The notes under the pieces were generated by a model that was not told the origin of the DNA, did not search any database, and saw only the letters and a program-made list of their open reading frames with translations. A stretch of 64,000 bases of DNA. Origin: Heteronotia binoei. Taxonomy: Eukaryota. The DNA is taken from the NCBI RefSeq assembly GCF_032191835.1, contig NC_083223.1, positions 81,592,001 through 81,656,000 on the forward strand, read 5' to 3'. Positions 50,940 to 62,310 of this stretch are shown piece after piece. The position numbers and the translations under genes are program-made. The stretch's first letter is position 1. Each line of letters begins with the position of its first letter.

Positions 50940-53018
50940 ATTTTTTCTTTTCTGTAGTTTTTTTGAAAAGTTTCTACTTCTTTAAGTTTTTGCCACTCAG
51001 TTCCATGCATAGCAACATAGCCTTCCAACATACCCTGTGCAATACTAACTTCCTGCAAATTTCCGTTTTGTATTGCTCTCTTCAATCGTTCACTGGCTTC
51101 TTTGAACAGATGATCAGATGCTTCAGAAGTTGCCTCATGGTTCTTTTTTATCAGTGATCTTACTTTCTATCTTAGCAATTTTTTTCCTAGACTCTTCTGC
51201 TTGTTTAACCTTTTCTTCCATCTCTTTAGCTCTTTTTTTTCTTCCTCCTCTTTCAATCTTTTTTGTTCCTCTGAGTACATTATGTATTGCTTATGTGCAA
51301 TAAGTTTTGATGTCATGGGAACCAGTTCAGGTTTATTTCTGTAGATTTTCAATATATCTTTGATCAACAAAACTGCATTCAATGTTTGTTCACAAATGGA
51401 AGCCTTGTCCTCAGTCAAGGCCCATCTTGACACAGAAAAACGCCTCTCGTCTGTATTTCCATGTGATAGAGACAATGCAGTCTTGATAGCTTTCACCAAC
51501 TGTTGATGTTTCCCCCCCGCTTAGTTTTCTTAAAAAAATTTTTAAAATTAGTTTTCTTTAAAGTTTTATCCCCAAAATGATCAATTCTTCCTTCAAAAAC
51601 CTGAGTTGTTTCTCTCCATCTGCAACATTTTCCATTCATCAATGAGAACATCTTCTTTTGTATCAACAGGGGGTTCTCTGGCAACTGAAACTGCACCTTG
51701 ACAGCTTTTTCGGGTTTTCACAAGGGTTTAAACATCTTAGAACTTTCAGCAAACCACAACCTTTAATTGCCTTTTCAATTAAGTGTTTGCCTCCAGCAAC
51801 ACAATGCTCTTTAACATTTTTTTATAAACACCCAGAAATCTTTTTCTGGAAGATGTGAAAGTTCCTTTTTAACTTCCCATGAAACTACATCTCTCAGGGG
51901 TAACATGTTTTTCAAATCAAATAACTGATTGACATCATAGTTATCTTCAGAAACCAACTTGCAATCACATCTAGCCAGTTTCCCTAACAGTTCTTCTACA
52001 TGAGGGTACAGGATGTGAATTAAAGGTTCATCTTATTGAAATCTTTCAGTGAATCTAATAAGTTCTGCAGAAGATATAGTGAAGTATAATTCTGCTCTGA
52101 TAGTTGAGTAACATAAAAGGTTGGTGATTATTCTGTATGAACTAGACTGTAACACAGCCTGATTCCTTGTTGTTGGAACGAATTTAAGAAAGTAATGATT
52201 TACTCCTTCCTACTGTTTGAGCAGTCTTGGCAGCAGAGTGAAATGTAAGCCACCTAAAAGGAAAATGTTTGAGGAATTTCTTTTGAGGTAATTTGAGATC
52301 TTGTATTCCTCTACCCTCACTGGCCACCCTCAAAGTAGTGGTAAACAGCAATAGCTAATTCAGATGCATTTTCACAAAAAGTCTACAAGACTTTCAGATA
52401 TGAGTTGTGAACGATGTGAAGGGGGCAGGTCCCAATAGCAACTAATCCACATGACCTCATTTCAATCACATTTTCATTGAAAAGTCTGTAAACTTTCTTA
52501 TTCACATTAGGTCCATCTGAACCAATCAGCAGCAGCTTGTGAATAGGCAGGTTTGCACTACTGATGGCAGTGTGATTTTTTTCATGACAAGTTTGTGCAT
52601 CAGCTTTCTCGATGAAGAATGTCTGCAAACTACTTCACCTCTACCCTCTAACCAATATTTCACCGATATCTGGAGCTCCTTTTTGTCTTCAACATTGGTT
52701 GTTTCATTAAAACAGGCTGAATAAAAGGAGGTTCCCACATCATCTGAGATCATATGCTGAAAATATGGTCCCAGTGCATCAGTTATTAAATATTGCATCT
52801 TTTTAGGGCTTAAAGAAAAATCAGTTGGAACACCCCCTGGAAACACTGCATTGAATGTTTCCTTTATGCCACCAGAAGAAGATGCAACACACCGACTTCA
52901 TAACCGCATTCTTTGCCGCATTCTTCAAACTATGGAGTTTAATAACAGGTGCTGAAGAACTATGGCTTGATCTGGGATATTCATTCTGGATTGTTTCAGA
53001 AGAATCACCAGGATTAAC
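50940..53018 (-). pseudogene. Frameshifted hAT-like DDE transposase remnant
   Basis: Motifs in order: FSLSPKKMQYLITDALGPYF; CFNETTN (FDETT with D->N); GSDGPNVN; TCPLHIVHN (CxxH); LSHGNTDERRFS (ERxFS glutamate); C-terminal coiled-coil tail. Multiple frameshifts and stops. Confidence 0.85.
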
Positions 53019-53477
53019 TGTCAAGCATCGATATTTTCCAATAATAAGTCTTTTGTTGTTGAATCAAAAGTTGCTTTATTTAAGAAACTCAGAGGCTTTG
53101 CCAAGTACACAAGCCTTGGAAGTAATGACATACAGAGTTACACAGTTGCTATATAGGATAACTTCAAAGGGTACCATACAGATTGAGTCACAGGTTCAAA
53201 GGTTACTACATACTATCTCTTTTATTACTAAGGAATTTAGGTTATTAAAAACATCTCTCTTTCTCACACTTCTTTCGGGTCAGATAAGAATGTCTGTGTG
53301 AACCTGGGGGAGAGGCGGCATGAGAGTAGTAACAGCCAGGCTGTAGCGTAAACATCCTTGGGCCAGATGGATTTATTACTTGCCCAAAGGTCGTAAAGGA
53401 AGGGGGAGAAGTAAACGAGGATTGACCTGTTCCCTATCGAAGGAACCATTATGTTACAGAAATATGCATGCTTGACA
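53019..53477 (-). repeat. 3' LTR of the Gypsy element
   Basis: 459 bp, 10-bp terminal inverted repeat. PPT GGAGAGGGGCTTAGGGGGGCAGTA on the minus strand at 53478-53501. TATA-like CCTATATAG, then AATAAA (53075-53080). Confidence 0.95.
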
Positions 53478-53499
53478 TACTGCCCCCCTAAGCCCCTCT

Positions 53500-56400
53500 C
53501 CAGGGTTTTGTAGGGTGTTTAGCATAGAATTGTTTAATCAGCTCTGGTACTCTTACATTTGAGCTAACTACCCATTCATCGTGGGTTACAGAAAAATGTT
53601 TTCATCTAATTAGAAAATGCAATACACCCCGTTTCAGCTTAGCATCTAAAATCTCTTTTACTTCATGGTGATTCTGTTCCCCCACCAAAATAGGCTCTGG
53701 AGCTTGGGGTCGGGGGTGCCAAGACGTGGCTCGAGGATCCCTCCGGAGTAAACTGCAATGAAAGATGGGATGTATCTTACTAAACAATTTAGGTAATTCA
53801 AGTTCTACAGTCACTTCATTGATTACACGTTTAATACGGAACGGTCCCAAGAACTTGTAGGCCAGTTTTTTAGAAGGTAGCGGTAAAGGCAAGTTTTTGG
53901 TAGACAGGAACACTATCTCCCACCTTAAAATCCCAAGTGGGCGAATGATGCTTATAACGTTTTTTGTAAGTCTCTTTGGCTAATTCCAATTTTTCCTGGA
54001 TATTACTCCAAGCCTTTCCCAGCTTTCCCCACCATTGTTAAAAGTTGAGGGTACTTCTGGTACCACTCCCCCGGTAGTTGTGGGAAGGGTTTTCCTTCGT
54101 ACCCATTCACTACCAAGAATGGGGATGATTTGGTGGAGCTATGTATGCTGTTATTGTATCCATAGTCGAAAATGGGCGTAGGTCTACCCAATTGCTGATA
54201 GTTTACAAAGCACCTCAATACTGCTCCAATAGGGCGTTCACCCTTTCCGTCTGCCCGTCAGTCTGGGGGTGATACACCGAACTTAGTCCCAGATCAATTC
54301 CAGTTAATTTGCAAAACTCCCGCCAGAAGTTGGCAACGAACTGTACGCCTTGGTCACTAATTCACCACGTGTAGAAAAAACAACTGAGCCAGTTTTTCAG
54401 CCATGGGTATTTGCGAGCAAGGAATGAAGTGGGCTTGTTTAGAGAAGGTGTCCACTACTACAAGAATTACAGTCTTCCCTTGCGAAGGGGGAAGCTCGAC
54501 AATAAAATCCATTGAGACTCCTCCCACGGCCTGGTTGCTGTTTCCAAAGGCTGTAACATCCCTGGGGGGTTCCCCCCCCTCTTCTCTTAGCCATTAGACA
54601 TATTGGGCACAATTGAACATAGTCAGAAATGTCTTTTTCATAAACGGCCACCAAAATTGCCTATTTACTAAATGAAGGGTTTTCACATAACCAAAGTGAC
54701 CCAACAATTTGCTGTCGTGACAAAATTGGAGTACTTCTTTTCGGAGGCTCTCTTGCACATAAAGTTTACTGTCTTTGTATCAGAAGTCCCCTTCACCTTT
54801 CTTTACTCCCTCAGGTATAGCATCTCCTTCCTTTTCTACCTCAACAATCAACCTCTCTCCCTCCCATTTTTCCTCTAATTTGTCTCTTTTAGCTTGTGAG
54901 CGTGTGGTTACTTCCCCACCCAGTTGACTGGGGGGAATGAGCAAATCGATCACCTCCTCCTTTTGACTATTATGCTGAGGGAGGCAAGACAGGGCATCAG
55001 CCAGAAAGTTCTTAGATCCCGGGATGTGCTTTAACTTGAAATCAAACTTGGCAAAGAATCCCACCCACTGAATCTGTTTTTCAGTCAATTTCCTACGCCC
55101 AGTGAGGGCTTCTAGGTTCTTGTGGTCAGTCCATATTTCGAAGGGGACCCTCGCCCCTTCCAACCAAGACCTTCAAGTCTTTAGGGCGAAAGTAACCACA
55201 AACGCCTCCTTGTCCCAAACAGACCAATTCCTCTGCTCTTGGGATAATTTCTTTGAGATGTAGGTGCATGGTTTTAGGGCCCCTCCCTCGTCTGGTTGCA
55301 TAAGAATTGCCCCCACAGCGACATCACTGGCATCACATTGAACTACAAAGGGTTTTAATTCATTGGGGTGAATTAATATGGGTTCACTAGTAAACAATCT
55401 TTTAAGTTTGTTGAATACGTTTTGGCAATCTGTTGTCCAATTTAACTTGGCTCCTGGCTGCTTAGCCTTGGGACCTTTCCCTTTTGTCTTGAGAAGGTCC
55501 GTTAAAGGGAGCATAGTGTGGGCGAACCCATGTATAAAATTATGATAAAAATTTGCGAACCCGATGAATGATTGGCGTTGTCTACATGTCCTTGGGGGTT
55601 CCCAATCTAGAACGGCTTGTACCTTTGCAAAGTCCATTGCTAATCCCCTCCCAGATACTCGGTAACCTAGATAGTCCAATTCCGTTTGGTGGAACTCACA
55701 CTTGGATAATTTCACATACAATTGATTTTTGTAGAGGGTCGTTAACACTTCCCTCAATAACTTCATGTGGGAGGAGAGGTCATTTGAATAAATAATTATA
55801 TTGTCCAGGTATACCACTACCCCTCAGTACAAGTGCTTTCGTAACACCTCATTGATAAAAGTTAATGAAAACTCCTGGGGCCCCCTGTAGGCCGAATGGC
55901 ATGACTAAATATTCAAATTGTCCCATCGGCATGTTAAATGCCGTTTTCCATTCATTCCCCTCCTTTATGCGCACCCGGAAGTAGGGATCTCTCAGATTCA
56001 GTTTGGTGAAAATCTTTCCCTCCGACATGGTGCTTAATAGATCCTTTATTAAGGGAAGTGGGTACGCATTTGATGTTGAAACCGCATTGATCCCCCTAAA
56101 ATCCGTACAGTCTAAGTCTTTCTTCTTTCTAAAAAGTCTTTCTTCTTTCTAAAAATTATGGGGGCGGTTTGGGGGGCCGTGGCCGGTCTTATGAATCCCC
56201 GCTTTAAGTTCTTGTCTAGGAACTTGCGCAATTCAGCTTTTTCCGCCCACCCCATGGAGTATAGTTTAGCTCGTGGAAGGCTCTGCCCTGGAATCAATTC
56301 TATTGCACAGTCAGTATCTCGGTGGGGGCGAGCACATTAGCTTCCTCTTAACTGAACACTTGTTTTAAGTCTCTATATTCATGGGGGATTGATTTCACCT

Positions 56401-56950
56401 CTTCTATGGTGAGGCATAACTTTTCATTTAAAGGTGGTGGTTCTGGTCCCCACTCCACGTTCCATTGGTGGGGCTTACACCTTCCATCTCTAAAATCTAT
56501 AATTTGATCTCCCCATTTGATACTGGGTTCACATTTTGCCAACCATCCCACTCCCAAAACAATGTCAAATGATGAAGGCGAGGTCACCATAAAAATCTCT
56601 GTATCTCAGTGGTCTTCTACTTCCATTGGCACCCCTTGGGTCTGCTCTGTACATGGCTCCCCTCTCATTACAGTCCCATCCATCTGCTTAAAATTGTATG
56701 GGGTGCAGTAGCAGACTCGTAGGGAGTCCAAGAGCTTCTACTAGTTTAGGTGTGATTATGTCTCTGGTGCACCCAGAATCTAGTAGTGCTTGGGCCTGTA
56801 TGAATCGCTTTAGATTGAGGTTCAAAAAAGTCAATGGGATGAAAAACAAAGTCCCAGTAATTCTCATCCTCAACGGCGCCGTTAGTTCCACAACCTGCTG
56901 CTCGGCACCTCTCAGTGCAGGTCGCTCTCGTTTTCTGCCGGTTCGCCTTC
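53500..56950 (-). pseudogene. Gypsy pol (PR-RT-RH-IN-chromo), disrupted
   Basis: Fragmented ORFs 56688-56963, 56348-56590, 56112-56297, 55173-55817, 54780-55163 and 53602-53913 carry the expected motifs; the RT YLDD motif reads YLDN. Confidence 0.92.
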
Positions 56951-57011
56951 CCAGAACCACCACCTTTAAATGAAAAGTTATGCCTCACCATAGAAGAGGT
57001 GAAATCAATCC

Positions 57012-58621
57012 AACTCATCTATCACGATAATCTCCTCCTCCTGGGGAGCTGCCAACGCAGCGCTGCCTTTCACTGACTCCTTCGCTCGTCCTTCTGCCTT
57101 TGGGTGCGCTGGTCTTCGGGGTAAGAGGGGGCCTCGAGGCCACTCTGGGCAGTTGGCCACCATGTGGTTAGGGTCGCCGCACCGAAAGTAACGTCGAGGG
57201 ATTGCCATTTTGGCAGTTCCCCCTGCTTGGTTGGCTTTCCGCCCATCTGGTTTTGCCCTCAGCCGAGATTCACGTCCCCCCTTACTCCCTTGCTGCTCTT
57301 GATGCTGGAGAGCCACTCTCTTCATGTTAGTCTCTACCTCACCAGCCAGCTGCACCCATCCTACCAGCATGGTAGGACGAGCCTGTTGTAGGGCTCAATC
57401 CAGAACACTCGCGTTCAGGCCTCTCTGGAACTGTTTGATCTTCATCTGCTCACTCCACCCTTGGATTTTAGCCGCATTGGCCCGGAACTCGGCCGCATAT
57501 TCTCTCACCGCTTTGGATTCTTGCTGCATGTCTCTGAGGGTGGTTAAGGCTCCAGTTTCTTGTAACGGATCCTCATACTGAGTTAGTAGGGCACATAAAA
57601 ATGCTGCCACAGTGTCTAGTTCGGGGCTCCGGGTTTCGTGCAGACTCACGTACCACCTCTTGGCCGCCCCTTTTAACTTCGATCCTAAGTAATCCACTCT
57701 GCTAAATTCATTGGGGAAAGTGTGCCCCCAGTATAACATAAAGCTATTGGCTTGTATTGAAAAATACTCTACCTCTTCGGGATCCCCGTCGAAGGTAGCA
57801 TTCAGTTCCCAACCTTTCCCATAGTCTCGTGATGGCAGTAACAACGGCTGAGATTGCAGCGGCAACTGCAGCTGTAGGGGGGGGGGTTGTGGTGGTTACC
57901 CCCCTCTGGGTGACGGCGGTTGTAGCGCCCGATCCAGTTGCTTTCTCACTTCTTGGGCCGTGAGTGCATTATTGGCTCGCATTTCTTCTCTTATGCCCTT
58001 GGCCATCTCTACTTTCATCGTGTGGAGAAAGTCCCAGGGGTCAGGATTTTGCTTTTCCTCCTTGACTGGGCCTGGGTCGGGGCATTGTTCCTCTCGCTCC
58101 TCTCGACCATCCCCGCCACTTGCCTCTGAGGTGTCCTGGTCACTGTCATACATAACATATGACATATGAAGCTGCCTTATACTGAATCAGACCCTTGGTC
58201 CATCAAAGTCAGTATTGTCTTCTCAGACTGGCAGCGCCTCTCCAGGGTCTCAAGCTGAGGTTTTTCACACCTATTTGCCTGGACCCTTTTTTGGAGATGC
58301 CAGGGATTGAACCTGGGACCTTCTGCTTCCCAAGCAGATGCTCTACCACTGAGCCACCGTCCCTCCCCTAAAGGTGGAGGGTAGCGCCAGGATCGCTTCT
58401 CTCCAAGCCGGTGCTTCATCCATTAGGCTGGTAGACCTTCTGGGATCCCAAACTTTTGGGGTTATAAAGAGTCGCTGTATGTGCAACGGAGACCCTCGCC
58501 CTGCCGCTCTCCAAGCGTTGAGTATGTGCCACGGAGTTTGTAGTTGGGCAGCGTCGGGTCCTTGATCCTCACCGAGTGGGGTTTTGGGGGCTTCTCTGTT
58601 ATCTGGTGCTCTGTCTGCCAT
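57012..58621 (-). pseudogene. Gypsy gag, disrupted
   Basis: FDGDPEEVEYF...LKGAAKRWY...VREYAAEFR...FQRGLN (retrotransposon gag) and knuckle YFRCGDPNHMVANC (first Cys lost); interrupted by a SINE. Confidence 0.88.
58163..58370 (-). mobile_element. Squam3-type SINE inserted in Gypsy gag
   Basis: A and B boxes plus TATAAGGCAGCTTCATATGTCATATG tail; matches 25432-25640 and 61793-62000. Confidence 0.92.
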
Positions 58622-58675
58622 GAGGTTAGAAAGTTTCCTGTTTGGATACGTCCCCAAGTAAGATTACCTCCAAAA

Positions 58676-59118
58676 TGTCAAGCATCAATATTTCCCAATA
58701 ATCAGTCTTTTGTTGTTGAATCAAAAGTTGATTTAAGAAACTCAGAGGCTTTGCCAAGGACACAAGCCTTGGAAGTAATGACATACATAGAGTTACACAG
58801 TTGCTATATAGGATAGCTTCAAAGGGTACCATACAGCTTGAATCGTGGGTTCAAAGGTTACTACATACTATCTCTTTTATTATTAAGGAATTTAGGTTAT
58901 TAAAAACATCTCCCTTTCTCGCACTTCTTTCAGCTCAGATAATGCCTGTGTGAACCTGGGGGAGAGGCAGCATGAGAGTAGTAACAGCCAGGCTGTAGCG
59001 TAAACATCCTTGGGCCAGATGGATTTAAAGGTCGTAAAGGAAGGGGGAGCAGTAAACAAGGGTTGACCTGTTTCCTATCGAAGGAACCATTATGTTACAG
59101 AAGTATGCATGCTTGACA
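58676..59118 (-). repeat. 5' LTR of the Gypsy element
   Basis: 443 bp; roughly 90-95% similar to the 3' LTR by eye, with several indels. Confidence 0.95.
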
Positions 59119-60465
59119 TTAACTGCAACTAAAACCGTCTGAAGAATAGCACATCCCACAATCCTGTTCCACAATTTTGATTTCTTGAGCATTTGAAGGC
59201 ACAAAAAAAGAGAAAAGAGACTTCTTCTGAAAAAGAGAGACTTTAAGAGACTAACCCAGAAAAAAGTGACTAAAAGCTAAAAAATAGACCCACTCCTAGG
59301 CCTGTGTAGTTTTATATCAAAAACAATGGAACAGAGACTGCAAACAGGACTTTACAGCTGCTAACTGGGAGAACATATGGATCTCTCCAAGCTTAACTTC
59401 TAAAGTTCTCAACATAAGTCTTCAAGCGATTAAGACTATGATGAGATACCTCTCACTGGCTACTTATATAAAAACTATGACCCTTTATGAAAGAAAAAAT
59501 GTGGCATGGAAACATTTCTTTATTGCTGGTGGAATTGTAAACTCATAACATCCTTTTGGTAATACATACATTTATTACAGTTTACAGGATCACTTTATTA
59601 CCTGAAAACATACCACTGAATAGAGGGATAGATCCTAAACGAAATAAACAGTAGGCTGAGTTAATCTCGATTCTAATTTCAACAACTAGACTAACATTAG
59701 CAGCAAAATGGTTAGACAATTCTCTTCCTACTATAAAGCAATGGTATGATAGATTATGGGACCAATTCACTGCATGTAAATTGACACATAATATATCAAA
59801 TTCCCCTACAGATCAATATGAAACTAAAGTAGTAGCAATATGGTATAACTTTTGTGGCAGAAAATGACATCCCAAATAATCCATATTAAAAGCCATTGAT
59901 ATACTTTTAGTTTGAATAATGGATAACAAATATTAAATATTAATGTACCTGTGGTTAACTAGTAATATGGATTCTGTAAATGAACATATAAACACGTATA
60001 TACAATCTGTATGGTTTGAAAATTAAATTTTAAAAGAAGAGGATAAAATTTAAAGAGCCACCTGGCTGGCATTTGTGTCAAATCCATTGTCCTACCATTC
60101 TTATCTCCACAGTCCATTTCTGCAAGTATTTTTCTCTGAGCCAGGTTCTGATAACAGATGACTACAACTTGGGGAGAATTCTAAAGGAAAGCAAACAGGG
60201 GAGACACTTTGCCCACCAACATACTCAGTAGATGACCCTGTTCTATTTTCAGCCCTGTAGGCATATTGTGAGGATAAAATGCAGACAAAATAATCATGTA
60301 CATTGTTGCCCAGAGCTTCTTAGAAAACCAGTGAGATAAAAACCCAACCATTGTATTGCTTTTTAAAAAAGCACACATACATATAGTGGCACACTCTGGT
60401 TAGCACAGTTCCTTGTAACAAATTTCTTTGCTTCATTTATACCCAACTTTTCTCCCCAATATAAC

Positions 60466-60765
60466 AGCCCCGTGGTGCAGAGTGTTAAAGCTGCAGTACT
60501 GCAGTCCTAAGCTCTGCTCACGAGCTGAGTTCGATCCCTGGCGGAAGCTGGGTTTTCAGGTAGCCAGCTAGAGGTTGACTCAGCCTTCCATCCTTCCGAG
60601 GCCAGTAAAATGAGTAGTACCCACCTTGCTGGGGGAAAAGTGCAATGACTGGGGAAGGCAATGGCAAACCACCCCGAAAAAAGTCTGCCGTGAAAACGTT
60701 GTGAAAGCAACGTCACCCAGAGTCGCAAACGATTGGTGCTTGCACAGGGGACCTTTCCTTTCCCT
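60466..60765 (+). mobile_element. Sauria SINE (Squam1) in SF3B6 intron 1
   Basis: Full head, core and tail. Confidence 0.9.
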
Positions 60766-61167
60766 TTTTTTCTCCCCAAAGGGTTCCAAAGCGGCTATCC
60801 GCACAACCCTATGAGGTAGGTTAGCTTGGGAACACGTGACTGGCCCAAGGTTATCTCGCAAGCCTCCATGGCAGAGTACGATCAAATTAAAAGCCCAACT
60901 CAGTTGCCAGCTACATTTGGGCTCAACGCCTCCCCTGACGCTTATATAGATGTACAGGTGGCAATTCTATTCCGTGTCACCGGCTGGACACACACAACGA
61001 GCCTCCGGGGCCCACCAGCGCCATCAACCCCGCCCCCATCAGATCAATTTCCTCCCCTCCGTAATAACGCTGCCTTCCAGGACCCTGAGACATTAAGGAA
61101 AGAGAAAGAGGGAACAGGAGCCTATACAAAATGGCTGTCTGGACCCAGGGCGGCGGCACACACTTAC

Positions 61168-61197
61168 ATTCGCGCGTTTCGCCGCTTGCATCGCCAT
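61168..61197 (-). CDS. SF3B6: SF3B6 exon 1 (coding part)
   Basis: Kozak GCCATGG; MAMQAAKRAN; donor GTAAGT. The four exons (30+119+139+90 nt) give 125 aa. Confidence 0.95.
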
Positions 61198-61792
61198 GGC
61201 AACGGTCTAGGCAGAATCCTCGCTTCGATCTCCGGGAAACAAAAGATACCACCGTGAAGGCTGCGACAACCGACCAAAAGACAACCAACTTCTACTGCGC
61301 GAGCGCCTTTTACGTCACCGGAAGAGAAAGATTTACCACCTTCCGCTCCTTCGTTGGGACCATAGAGATAAATGAAGAGGCATTTCACAAACCGCTCTTA
61401 AGGTTCTCCAGTAGAATCCCTCAAATGAGTGGCAAGAGAAGGTAGAAACATACAGGAGAATATGAAATGCCCTCTCTTCCTTAAAGGGCAGAACTAGTTG
61501 CTCTCTTCTGAAATAACCATCCCCCATCCAACTAATACATTTTTGCCTCGTCTTCCAATAATGCTGGTCAGGTTTTAAGGGCAGGGCAGGCAGACACAAT
61601 GAAGCTTTGCTGCCATGTTCTGAGTCAGACCACCGCTCTACAGGGTCAGCAGAGTCTATTCTGGCTGCTGTTAGTTCTCTGGGAGTTCGGATGGGGTCTT
61701 TTCACATCCCGTACTACCGAAACCTTTTAACTGGAGGTGCCTGGGATTGAATCCGGGAGTTTCATGCATGCACCAGTGAAGAAATGCAGAAA

Positions 61793-62000
61793 GGGGAGGG
61801 ACTGTGGCTCAGTGGTAGAGCATCTGCTTGGTAAACAGAAGGCCCCAGGTTCAATCCCTGGCATCTCCAAAAAAGGGTCCAGGCAAATAGGTGTGAAAAA
61901 CCTCAGCTTGAGACCCTGGAGAGCAGCTGCCAGTCTGAGTAGACAGTACTGACTTTGATGGACCAAGGGTATGATTCAGTATAAGGCAGCTTCATATGTC
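61793..62000 (+). mobile_element. Squam3-type SINE
   Basis: GGGAGGGACTGTGGCTCAGTGGTAGAGC...GGTTCAATCCC...ATAAGGCAGCTTCATATGTC. Confidence 0.92.
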
Positions 62001-62099
62001 CATGAAGTCCCGGGCAAAATGTAACGAGCGGCAGACATGGACAAAAATACCAGTTTAGTTTCTGAATGCAAATTAACAATTGGGAAATTAACAATTGAG

Positions 62100-62310
62100 A
62101 ACCGAGTTTGATTCTCCACTTGCACCTGCTTGGAATGGCCTTGGGTCAGCTATAGCTCTGGCAGAGGTTGTCCTTGAAAGGGCAGCTGCTGTAAGAGCCC
62201 TCTCAGCCCCACCCACCTCACAGGGTTTCGGTTGTGGGGGACGAAGATAAAGGAGATTGTGAGCCGCTCTGGGACTCTTGAGTGGAGAGCGGAATATAAA
62301 TCCAATGTCG
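62100..62310 (+). mobile_element. Squam2-like SINE (5'-truncated)
   Basis: CCCACCCACCTCACAGGG core and L2-type tail GTGAGCCGCTCTG...GCGGAATATAAATCC. Confidence 0.65.

Larger units (their letters stand above)
53019..59118 (-). mobile_element. Full-length, decayed Ty3/Gypsy chromovirus-type LTR retrotransposon
   Basis: Two LTRs with TGTCAAGCAT...ATGCTTGACA ends; perfect 5-bp TSD TTAAC (53014-53018 and 59119-59123); PPT next to the left LTR. Order gag (with zinc knuckle), PR (LLDSGC), RT (YLDN), RNase H (CDASD), IN (HPQTDGQTE), chromodomain-like EVKEILD. Confidence 0.97.
49599..59304 (-). mobile_element. Decayed hAT-like DNA transposon (about 3.6 kb without the nested Gypsy)
   Basis: TIRs CAGGGCTAGGACTGG / CAGGCCTAGGAGTGG (13/15). 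Flanking TGTAGT at 49593-49598 and 59305-59310. Subterminal AGAGACTA repeats at both ends. Transposase remnants inside. Confidence 0.8.

Noticed and set aside
58650-58675. Primer-binding site of the Gypsy element
   Set aside because: The minus strand reads TTTTGGAGGTAATC after the LTR; I cannot match it convincingly to a tRNA 3' end.
61793-61870. tRNA gene-like sequences (also at 25560-25640, 25690-25773 and 58295-58370)
   Set aside because: These are SINE heads that continue into the Squam3 body and tail; not called as tRNA genes.
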